Shown: piece after piece, positions 46,601-55,100 of the stretch
Position numbering within the stretch: the stretch's first letter is position 1
Layout of the letters: each line of letters starts with the position of its first letter
IMG/VR virus record: IMGVR_UViG_3300020577_011595
Span: 1-64,000 of that record
Origin: a virus
Lineage: Duplodnaviria > Caudoviricetes
Length of the DNA: 64,000 nt
Reading direction: 5' to 3' (one strand)
Program-made: the position numbers and the translations under genes
Notes under the pieces: generated by a model
What the model was told of the DNA's origin: nothing
What the model saw: the letters and a program-made list of their open reading frames with translations, nothing else
The model's database searches: none

Positions 46601-47596
46601 TCAGCGGTAGGAGAGGGCGGTCTGCGCCTCCCCCGGGTTGGTCGCGAGGAAGCGGTGGACGGCGTCGAGCGCCGAGGCCGGGAGGTGGCCGCCCGACTCG
46701 TAGATCGAGGCGATGTCGGTCGCGCGCTGGCCCCCGATGGTGCCCCACCGCTCGCCCTTCTCGAGGCCCATGTAGCTGAGCGTGCTCACCACCTGGGACT
46801 TCGTGAGGGTCGGCGCCTGCCCGCGACCCGGACCGCCGGCCTCGCCGGGCATACCCTTGTGGAGCGGGCGCGCCGTGCCGGTCAGGCCGCGCTGCGGGCG
46901 GGGCGTGCTCTCCAGCATGCCCAGGCGCGCGCCCAGGGCCGCGATCACGGCCTGCTGGGACTTCACGAGCTGGCCGGTCGCGACCGCCGCGACCGTGATC
47001 TTGTGGAGCAGCGCGTCCGTCCGGTCGCTCCGCGCCTCCATCGACTTCGCGAGGCCGTCGAGCAGCTCGGCGTGCGCGGTCGCGAAGTCGGCCATGAAGG
47101 GCGAGACGTCCATCGCGTCGGCGATCGACTGCTCGCCGCGCTCGTTCACGTAGTCGCGCAGGGCGTCGAGGGACTTGCCCATCTTGCCCTTGCCGCCCGT
47201 GGGGCGGACGCGCGGGTTGGGGGCCACGCCGCCCTCCGTCGAGGCCGGCTTGCCGAACTTGCCGGCCAGCTCGGGGACCTCTCCGTCGCCCTCGCCCTCG
47301 TCGCCGTCCGGCTCCTCCTCGTCCTCGCTCTGCTTGCCCCGCATGAACGCGGCGATGTCGCCCGCCCCGAAGCCGGCGTCGATGAGGCTCTGCGTCATCT
47401 TGCCGATCATCATCGAGTCGAGCCCGCCGACGTCGCCCTGCTCGGGGTAGCCGCCCGAGGTCGAGCCCCGCTCGTCGGTGTGCCCGCCGGTCTCGACGGC
47501 CACGCCGCCGAGCGCCTTCGAGAGGTCCGCAGCGCGCACCAGCTCGTTGAGGGTCTCGTCGATCCCCTCGATCGTCGTCTCGTTGTCCTTCGCCAT
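46601..47596 (-). CDS. Scaffold-like protein
   Basis: Acidic/helical protein between protease and capsid; several xxKS/KA motifs. Confidence 0.7.
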   Translation of the reverse strand: MAKDNETTIEGIDETLNELVRAADLSKALGGVAVETGGHTDERGSTSGGYPEQGDVGGLDSMMIGKMTQSLIDAGFGAGDIAAFMRGKQSEDEEEPDGDEGEGDGEVPELAGKFGKPASTEGGVAPNPRVRPTGGKGKMGKSLDALRDYVNERGEQSIADAMDVSPFMADFATAHAELLDGLAKSMEARSDRTDALLHKITVAAVATGQLVKSQQAVIAALGARLGMLESTPRPQRGLTGTARPLHKGMPGEAGGPGRGQAPTLTKSQVVSTLSYMGLEKGERWGTIGGQRATDIASIYESGGHLPASALDAVHRFLATNPGEAQTALSYR

Positions 47597-47607
47597 GGAT
47601 CTCTCCT

Positions 47608-48357
47608 TCACTCCGGCGGCGCCGGATGGTGCTTGCATGCGTAGCTGGCGATGCGCTCGGCCATCGCCTTCGTGAGCTGGGGGTTGCGAGACATCAGGAA
47701 GAGCACCGCTTCGCTCTTCGTGAGCTTCTTGCGCTTCTTCTTGGGCTGCTCCGGCTCCGGGCGAGCCGGGGCAAGCCCCTCGAGCGCCTGCACCCGCATC
47801 GGCCCGGCGTCGCCGGGCGAGCCGCCCGCCGTGGAGCCGGACCCGACCGAGAGGCTCTTTGCCAGGGTCGAGAGGTTCGTGCGGTCGTTCACCGGGCAGC
47901 GGGTGATCGCGACCTCCCGAACGATGGCCTTGCGAACGCGCCGGGGGTCCGCGGGGTCGCGATCGATGATGGAGCCCTCGACCGAGAAGCCGAGGCGACG
48001 GGGCGCGCCCGACCGCTCCAGAGCGGTCGCCAGGTTCCAGATTTCGTCCGCGGGAGGGTGGCCCTTGAGCAGGTAGCCCTCGACGTACCAGCCGCGGCGA
48101 CCGTCGGGGAGCGTGCGCAGCTCCGCGCGCTCGGGGTAGCCGACCGCCTTGCCCGTCTCCTTGAGGTGGTTGTCGTTGAAGAACCCGCTCTTGAGGAAGG
48201 GTGAGAAGTCGAGCCCTTCCTGCACGAGCACCTCGTGCTGCTTGTCGAGGTGGTCGGTCGACACGATGCCCGCGATGCGCCGCTCGCGACCGGGCTCCGC
48301 CGAGGCCTTCTCGAAGGTCTCGAACTCGAACTCGAAGTTGAACGGGGTGCCGTGCAT
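47608..48357 (-). CDS. Prohead maturation protease
   Basis: IAGIVSTDHLDKQHE, FFNDNH, YVEGYL, LGFSVEG, VAITRCPVN. Confidence 0.9.
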   Translation of the reverse strand: MHGTPFNFEFEFETFEKASAEPGRERRIAGIVSTDHLDKQHEVLVQEGLDFSPFLKSGFFNDNHLKETGKAVGYPERAELRTLPDGRRGWYVEGYLLKGHPPADEIWNLATALERSGAPRRLGFSVEGSIIDRDPADPRRVRKAIVREVAITRCPVNDRTNLSTLAKSLSVGSGSTAGGSPGDAGPMRVQALEGLAPARPEPEQPKKKRKKLTKSEAVLFLMSRNPQLTKAMAERIASYACKHHPAPPE

Positions 48358-48366
48358 GGTGGGTCC

Positions 48367-48408
48367 CGAAACGAAGAAAGGCGGCGCCCCTTTCGGGGAA
48401 CCGCCTCT
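48367..48408 (-). terminator. GAAA-loop hairpin plus T tract upstream of the protease
   Basis: aggcgg-tt-cccc-GAAA-gggg-cg-ccgcct followed by TTCTTCGTTTC on the minus strand. Confidence 0.55.
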
Positions 48409-48466
48409 CTGCCGCGCACGCGCGGCTAGGCCACGAGGGGGATATGACCCGAGCTGGCTCCGTTCG

Positions 48467-48679
48467 TCAAGCGCGAGGCACAACGGGTCGGGGCGCCTCC
48501 GCCTTCCGGGGCTCCTGGGAAGGCACGAGCGTGCCGATGATCACGCCCCGCTTGCAGGTCGGACAGTTGACCTCGGCCTCCCCCGACTTGTGGAGCACGA
48601 GCATGCTCGTCGAGGCCTTGCGCTTGCCGCCCGCGCCGTCGCGAAACAAGGGCTGGCCGCAGTGAGGGCACGCGCTCAT
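48467..48679 (-). CDS. Small zinc-ribbon protein (Com-like)
   Basis: ATGA-coupled; CPHCG...VNCPTCK, 70 aa. Confidence 0.7.
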   Translation of the reverse strand: MSACPHCGQPLFRDGAGGKRKASTSMLVLHKSGEAEVNCPTCKRGVIIGTLVPSQEPRKAEAPRPVVPRA

Positions 48680-50595
48680 CGGAGGCTCTTCTTCGCGGGC
48701 TCGCTCGTGCGGCCCGCGCGGAGCCACGCCTTGAACCGCTGGATGGGCCACGAGCGCACCGTTCCGAGCAGACGGGGTCCCTTCGCGTCGTAGTTGCGGA
48801 GGTAGGCCGCGCGCGCCTCGGCGATCGTGCGGAACCCGAGCATGACCTTGTGCTCGTCGAACCCGCCGCCCTCGAGCTTCTTCTGGTTCACGATGAACAC
48901 GCGCTCCGAGTCGCGATGCGGCCCGACGAAGACGTCGATGTCCTCGCCGTCGGCGCCCTTGGTGCCCTCGATGAACCCGTAGGGGTGCACCATCGTGGTC
49001 TCACCGTGCTCGCGCTTCTGCGGGTCGTACCAGCGGCGGACCGATCCCTTCGGGTTCTCGATCGCGACGTCGAGGCCCTGCACCACGAGGCGGTCCTTCA
49101 CGGGGAGGTTCTTGATCAGCGACGCCACGCCGATCGGTCTGAAGATCAGGGACTTCTTCGTCTCCCACGGGGGCAGCTCGAACCCGAGCTTCTCCTCCGC
49201 GTTCGTCTCCCACTCCGCCAGATCGCCTCGGATGGTCGGAGACTTCGACGTGCGAAGCGCCGTCTCACGCATCTTCACGAGCTTCGCCTTCGCCTCCTCG
49301 ATCTTCCCTTCCTTGGCGAGCCGCTGCGCGACGGAGAACCCGCCATCCCAGAAGAGCTGGTCGCTGCTCCGCTTCTTCTCCTCGCCGGGCATCTTGACGC
49401 CGTGCTGCTGGTAGAGCGCGCGCAGCCGCATGATGTCCTCACGGCGCTCGTCGAAGATCCCCTCGCTCTTCGCGGGGGCCGCCTTGCCGATGTCGTAGAG
49501 CACCACCTTGCCGGCCTTGTCGAGGCCCACCTGCACGTCGTCGTTGAGCGCGTAGCCCTTCTCGTGCATCGCGAGCAGCGCCGTGCGCGCGTCATCGAGC
49601 TGCGCCTGCGTGAGCTTGCTCGGGATCTCGACGTAGGGCTTGATCTGGAAGCCCTTGTCGCCGTGGTGGACGTACTCGCTCCGCAGCATGCCGGGCACGC
49701 CCGCGCTCGCGAGCTTGTTGCCGACCTCGACCTGCTTGCGCAGCATCTCGTTCGCGTCGCGCGGAGATCGGTGCCCCGGGTTGAACGGCTGGTAGGGGAC
49801 GGTCGTCGAGACCTTCACGACCTTGTCGCCCACGCGGAACGCGATCCCGTCGTCGCCCTTGCCGAGCAGCTTCGCCTTGCCGGAGATCACGGCGTCGATG
49901 TCCGGCCGACCCGACGCTGGAAGGTCGACGCGGCCCTCGAGATCGTTCTGGAGGTGTCGGAACGACGCCGCGGGCATCTTGGTCCCGTAGCCGCGCTCCA
50001 GCCCTGCCGCGGATGACGCGATGCGCACCGAGCCGTCTGCGTCCTGCGCAGCGTGCACCTCGAGCGGGTGGGCCTTCTCGCTGCCTGCGATGGCGGGGTG
50101 GACCTCGATCACGTGCTTCCCCTCGATCTTCTGCGGCGGGGGAGGCGGCGCCTGGCGCGCGTCGAAGAGGCTCGCCTGCTGCGGCGCCCGGGGCGCCTGC
50201 TTGGGGGTGTGCGAGAGCAGGTCGAGCTGCTGCGGCTTCTTCGCGGGCTCGGGCCCCTTGGGCGCTTCGGGCGCCCGCCCGAAGCCCAGGGCGCTGGCGG
50301 TGTGGGGGTCGAGCTTGGAGGGGTCGAGCTTGACCTTGCCGGCCCGGTTGCAGGTCCGGCAAGGGGCGCTGCTCACGACCTCTCCGCCCCCCATGATCAT
50401 CTGCCGGCTGATCACGTGCCGGAGCCCATGGCACACCGAGCACGAGCCGCCCTGAGCCCCCGCCCCCTGCCTCTTGGCCGACGGGTCCTCGTACGGGATC
50501 GTGTGGGCGGCGTCCGCCCACTTCCCGCCGCGCGGACCGTAGAACAGCCCCTTCCGCAGTCGCCCCGCGGTGTGCACGCGCACCGGGCGCCTCAC
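48676..50595 (-). CDS. Polyvalent protein: GPRGG peptide + kinase-like domain + InPase domain
   Basis: GTG in a GTGA overlap; LLGKGDDG..VVKV...HEKGYALND...VVLYDIG; IENPKGSVR...YGFIEGTKGADGEDIDVFVGP...FDEHKVMLGF. Confidence 0.8.
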   Translation of the reverse strand: MRRPVRVHTAGRLRKGLFYGPRGGKWADAAHTIPYEDPSAKRQGAGAQGGSCSVCHGLRHVISRQMIMGGGEVVSSAPCRTCNRAGKVKLDPSKLDPHTASALGFGRAPEAPKGPEPAKKPQQLDLLSHTPKQAPRAPQQASLFDARQAPPPPPQKIEGKHVIEVHPAIAGSEKAHPLEVHAAQDADGSVRIASSAAGLERGYGTKMPAASFRHLQNDLEGRVDLPASGRPDIDAVISGKAKLLGKGDDGIAFRVGDKVVKVSTTVPYQPFNPGHRSPRDANEMLRKQVEVGNKLASAGVPGMLRSEYVHHGDKGFQIKPYVEIPSKLTQAQLDDARTALLAMHEKGYALNDDVQVGLDKAGKVVLYDIGKAAPAKSEGIFDERREDIMRLRALYQQHGVKMPGEEKKRSSDQLFWDGGFSVAQRLAKEGKIEEAKAKLVKMRETALRTSKSPTIRGDLAEWETNAEEKLGFELPPWETKKSLIFRPIGVASLIKNLPVKDRLVVQGLDVAIENPKGSVRRWYDPQKREHGETTMVHPYGFIEGTKGADGEDIDVFVGPHRDSERVFIVNQKKLEGGGFDEHKVMLGFRTIAEARAAYLRNYDAKGPRLLGTVRSWPIQRFKAWLRAGRTSEPAKKSLR

Positions 50596-50792
50596 GTGCG
50601 GGTCCTGTCGTGGAGCTGCGTCAGCGCCCGGTTGAGGCTCTCCTGCGTCGGCGCCGTCGTTGGCTTCTGCGCCTTCGGAGCGGCCGCGGGGCAGGGCTCG
50701 ACCGCGGCTTGCGACGACGCGGCGCAAGCGCACTGCCGGCATGCCTCGGCGCGATAGTCCCATCGGTGCGTCCCGTGCGCGATCCTCATCAT
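50592..50792 (-). CDS. Small Cys-containing protein (66 aa)
   Basis: Coupled overlaps at both ends; HRW..ACRQC. Confidence 0.55.
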   Translation of the reverse strand: MMRIAHGTHRWDYRAEACRQCACAASSQAAVEPCPAAAPKAQKPTTAPTQESLNRALTQLHDRTRT

Positions 50793-52537
50793 GGCGTCCT
50801 CGCACCCTCGTAGGCCCGGTGAACGAACGCGAACTGCCGAGGGAACCCAAGCATGAGCCTGTCCCGCTCGAAGAGGTACATCCGCGTCACCTCGGCTGCG
50901 TTCTCGATCGGGAGCTTCTTCGCGTACGGCGAGACCCAGCCCTCGCGCTGCGACACGGCCCACAGGCGGTCGTGCCACTTCCGCACCGGCTCCGGGCCGC
51001 CGAGCACCCGCATGAGGTAGACGTTCAGCGCGTGCCCCAGCTCGTGCCGGATGACGCGGGGCCACCGCTCGATCGGGAGCGCGGGGTTCACGCGGATCTC
51101 GTTCGCCGTCCAATAGGCGTAGTCGTGCTCCTCGAGCGGGTTCTGCGCGCGCGGGTGGTCCGTCGTGATCAACGTGACCCCCGTGTCCTTGCGGAAGAGC
51201 CACGGCGGCGCCTCGGCGACGATGCTCTCGACGACCTGCCGCTGCATCGGGTCTCCGATGCGCACGACGACGCCCTGCTCGGGCACGACGGCCCGATGCG
51301 TGAGGTGTGGGCCTTCGGCCTTGCGGAGCGCCTCGTGGGCGAGCGCGAGGCGGTCGCTCTTCCGCAGCATGACCTCGGGCATCATCTCGCCCGTCTCGGG
51401 ATCGAAGGTCCAGCCCTCGGGGACCTCGACCAGCTCGCAGGCGCACCACGGGTGCACGGGGCCGACGGTGGGCTTCCACGCCGTGCGCTTCACGCCGACG
51501 TTCGTCCCGTTCGCCGTCAGCTCGGAGAGCCGGAACACCTTGGGAGGCGACCCCGGGCCCGCGGTGAGGTGGAGCCGGATGCAGTCGGGGCACGCGGTCG
51601 GCGACGGGAGCTTCGCCACGCGGATGTCCTTCGGGTTGCGGCCCTTCGCCATCCCGCGCGCGAGGCCTTCCTGCATCGCGAACTGCTGCTCGGTCGCCGC
51701 GAGCCGCTGCATGTCCCGGGACCAGTCCTCGGTCGCGTGCCCGATGTCGCTCGCCAGCTCACGCCACGCGCCCTGCCGATCGATCGAGTCTTCCAGCTCA
51801 CGCTGGATGGTGCCCATGTACCTCCGCCGCTGCTCGGCGTCCGCGTCGAGCACGAGCGCGCCGATCTCCAGCGCGAGTCGATCGCCCATGCCGCGCACGT
51901 ACTGCCCCGCGTGGTAGCGGGCGGCGCCCATCGCCTGCTTGTCGACCTCGGTGAGGCTCTCGCGCGTGCGGTCGAGGTGGGCGACGAAGTCGTCGATGGT
52001 CTGGTCCTCGTGCGTGCGGCGGCCCTTGGGATCCGCCGTCGCGCGGCCGTACTGGTAGGCGTAGTCGAGCAAGCGCAGGGCCGGGGGCCCTGCCTTCCCC
52101 GCTTCTCCCGACGCGAAGATCGTCGAGAGGTCCGACGGCGTGATCCCCAGGCTCAAGAGCCGCTGTAGGTCCTCTCCGGGGATCGCGTCGGGGCCCAGCA
52201 CACCGACCGCGAACGCCGCGTGATGATCGCGCACGATGGCCTTGAGCGCCTCGAGCTGCGCGGGCGTGAGCAGCGCGAGCTTCCGCTGTGCGGCACTCGC
52301 GCGGGCGGAGTCGGGCGCCGAAGCGAAGCCCACCATGTCCGGCCACGAGACCTCGTCGACGAAGCCGTTGGACTTGCGGAGCTTGCCCCCGAGCACCTCC
52401 TTCGCGATGTAGCGAAGCAGCTCCGCGAAGATCCGATCCACGAGCGCGTCGTAGGCCTTCCCCACGCGCTCGTGGAGCTGGCGCATCGCCCGGGATCGGA
52501 TCTTCTCCGGCTGGTGCTCGTGGTCGGGCGCGCGCAT
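50789..52537 (-). CDS. MuF-like head morphogenesis protein fused to a HExxH peptidase
   Basis: RLAATEQQFA..ACPDC..PVHPWCACEL (MuF); IRHELGH...WVSPYA...ENAAE. Confidence 0.82.
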   Translation of the reverse strand: MRAPDHEHQPEKIRSRAMRQLHERVGKAYDALVDRIFAELLRYIAKEVLGGKLRKSNGFVDEVSWPDMVGFASAPDSARASAAQRKLALLTPAQLEALKAIVRDHHAAFAVGVLGPDAIPGEDLQRLLSLGITPSDLSTIFASGEAGKAGPPALRLLDYAYQYGRATADPKGRRTHEDQTIDDFVAHLDRTRESLTEVDKQAMGAARYHAGQYVRGMGDRLALEIGALVLDADAEQRRRYMGTIQRELEDSIDRQGAWRELASDIGHATEDWSRDMQRLAATEQQFAMQEGLARGMAKGRNPKDIRVAKLPSPTACPDCIRLHLTAGPGSPPKVFRLSELTANGTNVGVKRTAWKPTVGPVHPWCACELVEVPEGWTFDPETGEMMPEVMLRKSDRLALAHEALRKAEGPHLTHRAVVPEQGVVVRIGDPMQRQVVESIVAEAPPWLFRKDTGVTLITTDHPRAQNPLEEHDYAYWTANEIRVNPALPIERWPRVIRHELGHALNVYLMRVLGGPEPVRKWHDRLWAVSQREGWVSPYAKKLPIENAAEVTRMYLFERDRLMLGFPRQFAFVHRAYEGARTP

Positions 52538-52549
52538 GGCTCCGCCAGG

Positions 52550-53344
52550 CTAGCAGCCCGTCGGAGGATCGGTCACGAGGTCGCCGAGCACCGCGTAGGT
52601 GACGACGACGTCGTTCTCGTCGTCGAGGTTCTCCAGCGTGAGCGCCGAGCAGCTCAGGGACGCGAGCAGGAACGCGCGCACGTCCTCGGCGCCGTCCGAG
52701 CCGCTCGTGTCCGCGGGGACGAGCAGCGTGATCGGGGTCTGCCCCGCACCCGCGTCGGTGCCGTTCGTCGTGCCCGTCGAGAGGCCCAGCGCGGTGAGCA
52801 CGCCCGCGTCGGTGTCCGTGTCGATCACGATGCTGGCCGCCAGCCCGGACGTCGGGCTCAGAAGCCGAAGCTGCGAGCCGCCGTTCGTTCGCGCGATCGT
52901 CGTGGGCACACCGCCCGCGCCCGCGATGCCTGCGAGCGCGGCTGCCGCGTTGATCCGGTTGATCACGGCCGCGAGCGACTGGTCCGCGGAGGTGAACGCC
53001 ACGGTGACCGCGGTCCCCGTGATCTCCAGCACCAGCTCCTCGCCGCCCACGAACCCGGTGGGGTACGAGCCGCCGACTCCCGTGACGATCGCCTGCGTCG
53101 CGCTCGTGCCGCCGGGCGTGAGCCGGATCGGGCCGGTGGCCTCGAAGTAGACGATGCGCGCCGCGGACACGTCGCCGAAGGGCACCGCGAAGTTGGTCTC
53201 CGAGGCCTCGAGCGTGATCGTCCCGCCCTCGGCGTGCTCCAGGGTGTCGAGGAGCTGCTGGAGCGCGCCCTCGAACACGGGCTTGCTCAGGTTGTTCTCG
53301 CGCCCGACCTCCAGGGTCAGGTCCACGTTCACGCGTACGCCCAT
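52550..53344 (-). CDS. Putative structural protein with Gly/Thr-rich insert
   Basis: ATG at 53344 with a GAGGAGG RBS; the insert resembles sheath/fibre insertion domains. Confidence 0.6.
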   Translation of the reverse strand: MGVRVNVDLTLEVGRENNLSKPVFEGALQQLLDTLEHAEGGTITLEASETNFAVPFGDVSAARIVYFEATGPIRLTPGGTSATQAIVTGVGGSYPTGFVGGEELVLEITGTAVTVAFTSADQSLAAVINRINAAAALAGIAGAGGVPTTIARTNGGSQLRLLSPTSGLAASIVIDTDTDAGVLTALGLSTGTTNGTDAGAGQTPITLLVPADTSGSDGAEDVRAFLLASLSCSALTLENLDDENDVVVTYAVLGDLVTDPPTGC

Positions 53345-53346
53345 CG

Positions 53347-55086
53347 TCAGCCTCCTCCTCGCGGGAGCCAGAGATCGATCGCTGCGCGCCTGCCCTGGCT
53401 CTTCTCGAGGCGGTCGCGCTCCCATCGGAGGCTACGCTCCATCGGGCTGCCTGCGTGAAACGGGTGCGCGGGCTCGCCCTGCGACATCTCCGGCCCGGGC
53501 TCGTCGTCCGGCTCGTCGGGGGCCGCGTCCTCGTCGCCCTCGTTCTGCCCGTGCCCGGGGCCGAAGAGGTCGTCGAAGTGATTTTCCCCGTGCGCGTCGG
53601 AGCCGCCACCCATGCCCGCCGTGGCTTCCTGCGCCTGCTGCTGCTGCGCGGAGGCCCACTGAATCCAGTTGGAGTCGAGGATGACGTCGCCGAGCTGGCC
53701 CGGCAGCGGCTCCTCGTTCTCCTCGGCGCGGATCTCGTTGACCGTCTTGAAGGCCTTGACGCGCTCGATCCTCGCCTTCCGCTCTTGCTCCTCGGCCTTG
53801 CTATCGAAGCCCGTGAACGAGAACTCGAAGTCGGGGTTGATGTCCCAGACGATGTGCCGGTTGATCGTCTCGGCGATGTGGTCGAGCAGCGGCCGCAGCC
53901 CCTTGTCCTTGCTCTCCGTGACCTCTTCGGCGTTGGGGCGTGACTGGTTGAGGCTCGAGGACTGCCCGCTGTTGCCGAAGATGAAGTTGATCTCGACGGG
54001 GTCCGCGCCGTACATCGCGCAGATCAGCTTCGTCACCCAGTCCATCCACTGCCCGTACTCCATCTCACGGTTGTTCGTGTGCATGGAGACCCACTGGAGG
54101 TCCTCGGCGTTCACGATGGGCGTCTTCCACGCGTTCGTGACGCCCGAGATCATCGAGTACCACATGCGCCGGAACGCGCGGAGCTGGCGGTCTGGGATCG
54201 CGCCCTTGATGTTGATCAGCCCCTTGATCGCCGAGCCCTGCGTGAAGAACCGGGTGTTGTACTCGAAGCCGAACAGCCACGCGGTCACGAGCCGGATGAT
54301 CTGCTCGATGGGCGAGAAGCCGAACCCGTTGACGCGCAGATCCGAGCGTGGGTTCTTCACGCTGAACGCCAGCTCGTCGGTGGTGAACTCCGAGATCACG
54401 GTGTTCTCGTAGACCTGCACGTAGGCGACGCGCGAGCGGAGGTCCTCCGGCTCGAGGTGCTCGATGTCGCTCACCGCGGGGCGAATCGTCTCGCTCGGGA
54501 GCGCGATGAACCGCGAGGGCCGACCGGCGTAGTCGCGGATCTTCTCGAAGCACCACTGGTCGTAGGTGAGGATGTCGCGCACGCCCTTCTTCACGAAGGT
54601 GCGGAACGAGTCGCGGTCGGCGGGCTTCTCGCCGTCCAGAAGCACGGCGGTCGTTTCGAGGAACCGCTCGATGGCCTCGGCCTCGCGCTGCTCGGCAGGG
54701 CTCATGCCCTTCTTCTGGTCGCGTCGATCGCGCAGCACGACGCGGTAGCCGCGGTCGTACTGGCCCTGCTGCGGAACGCAGAAGGCCGCGGCCTGGTCGA
54801 CGCGGAGCTGGATGATCGCCGCGATGACCGTGTTCGAGACGCTCATCTGCCGCAGCGTCTCGTAGGTGAGGGAGCTGGGGCGCTGGCGCCAGCCGCCCCA
54901 ATCCATGACCGAGTAGGGGTCGTGGAACATCGCCCGAGGCTTCTCGGTCGCGGGCGAGAGCGCATCGGGCATCGCCATGCCGGCCTGCACGAGGGCAGCC
55001 TGCATGGCCTCGGGGGAGACGTCCTCGTCCCCCCCTTCGCCGAGCGCCTTCACGAGCGCGTGGCGCGCTCTGTCGAGCACCGTCAT
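53347..55086 (-). CDS. Portal protein
   Basis: AIIQLRVDQ, DILTYDQ..EK, GFSPIE, FFTQGS..KG, REMEYGQW, GLRPLL, KTVNEIR. Confidence 0.93.
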   Translation of the reverse strand: MTVLDRARHALVKALGEGGDEDVSPEAMQAALVQAGMAMPDALSPATEKPRAMFHDPYSVMDWGGWRQRPSSLTYETLRQMSVSNTVIAAIIQLRVDQAAAFCVPQQGQYDRGYRVVLRDRRDQKKGMSPAEQREAEAIERFLETTAVLLDGEKPADRDSFRTFVKKGVRDILTYDQWCFEKIRDYAGRPSRFIALPSETIRPAVSDIEHLEPEDLRSRVAYVQVYENTVISEFTTDELAFSVKNPRSDLRVNGFGFSPIEQIIRLVTAWLFGFEYNTRFFTQGSAIKGLINIKGAIPDRQLRAFRRMWYSMISGVTNAWKTPIVNAEDLQWVSMHTNNREMEYGQWMDWVTKLICAMYGADPVEINFIFGNSGQSSSLNQSRPNAEEVTESKDKGLRPLLDHIAETINRHIVWDINPDFEFSFTGFDSKAEEQERKARIERVKAFKTVNEIRAEENEEPLPGQLGDVILDSNWIQWASAQQQQAQEATAGMGGGSDAHGENHFDDLFGPGHGQNEGDEDAAPDEPDDEPGPEMSQGEPAHPFHAGSPMERSLRWERDRLEKSQGRRAAIDLWLPRGGG

Positions 55087-55100
55087 CCGCGCTCCTTGGT

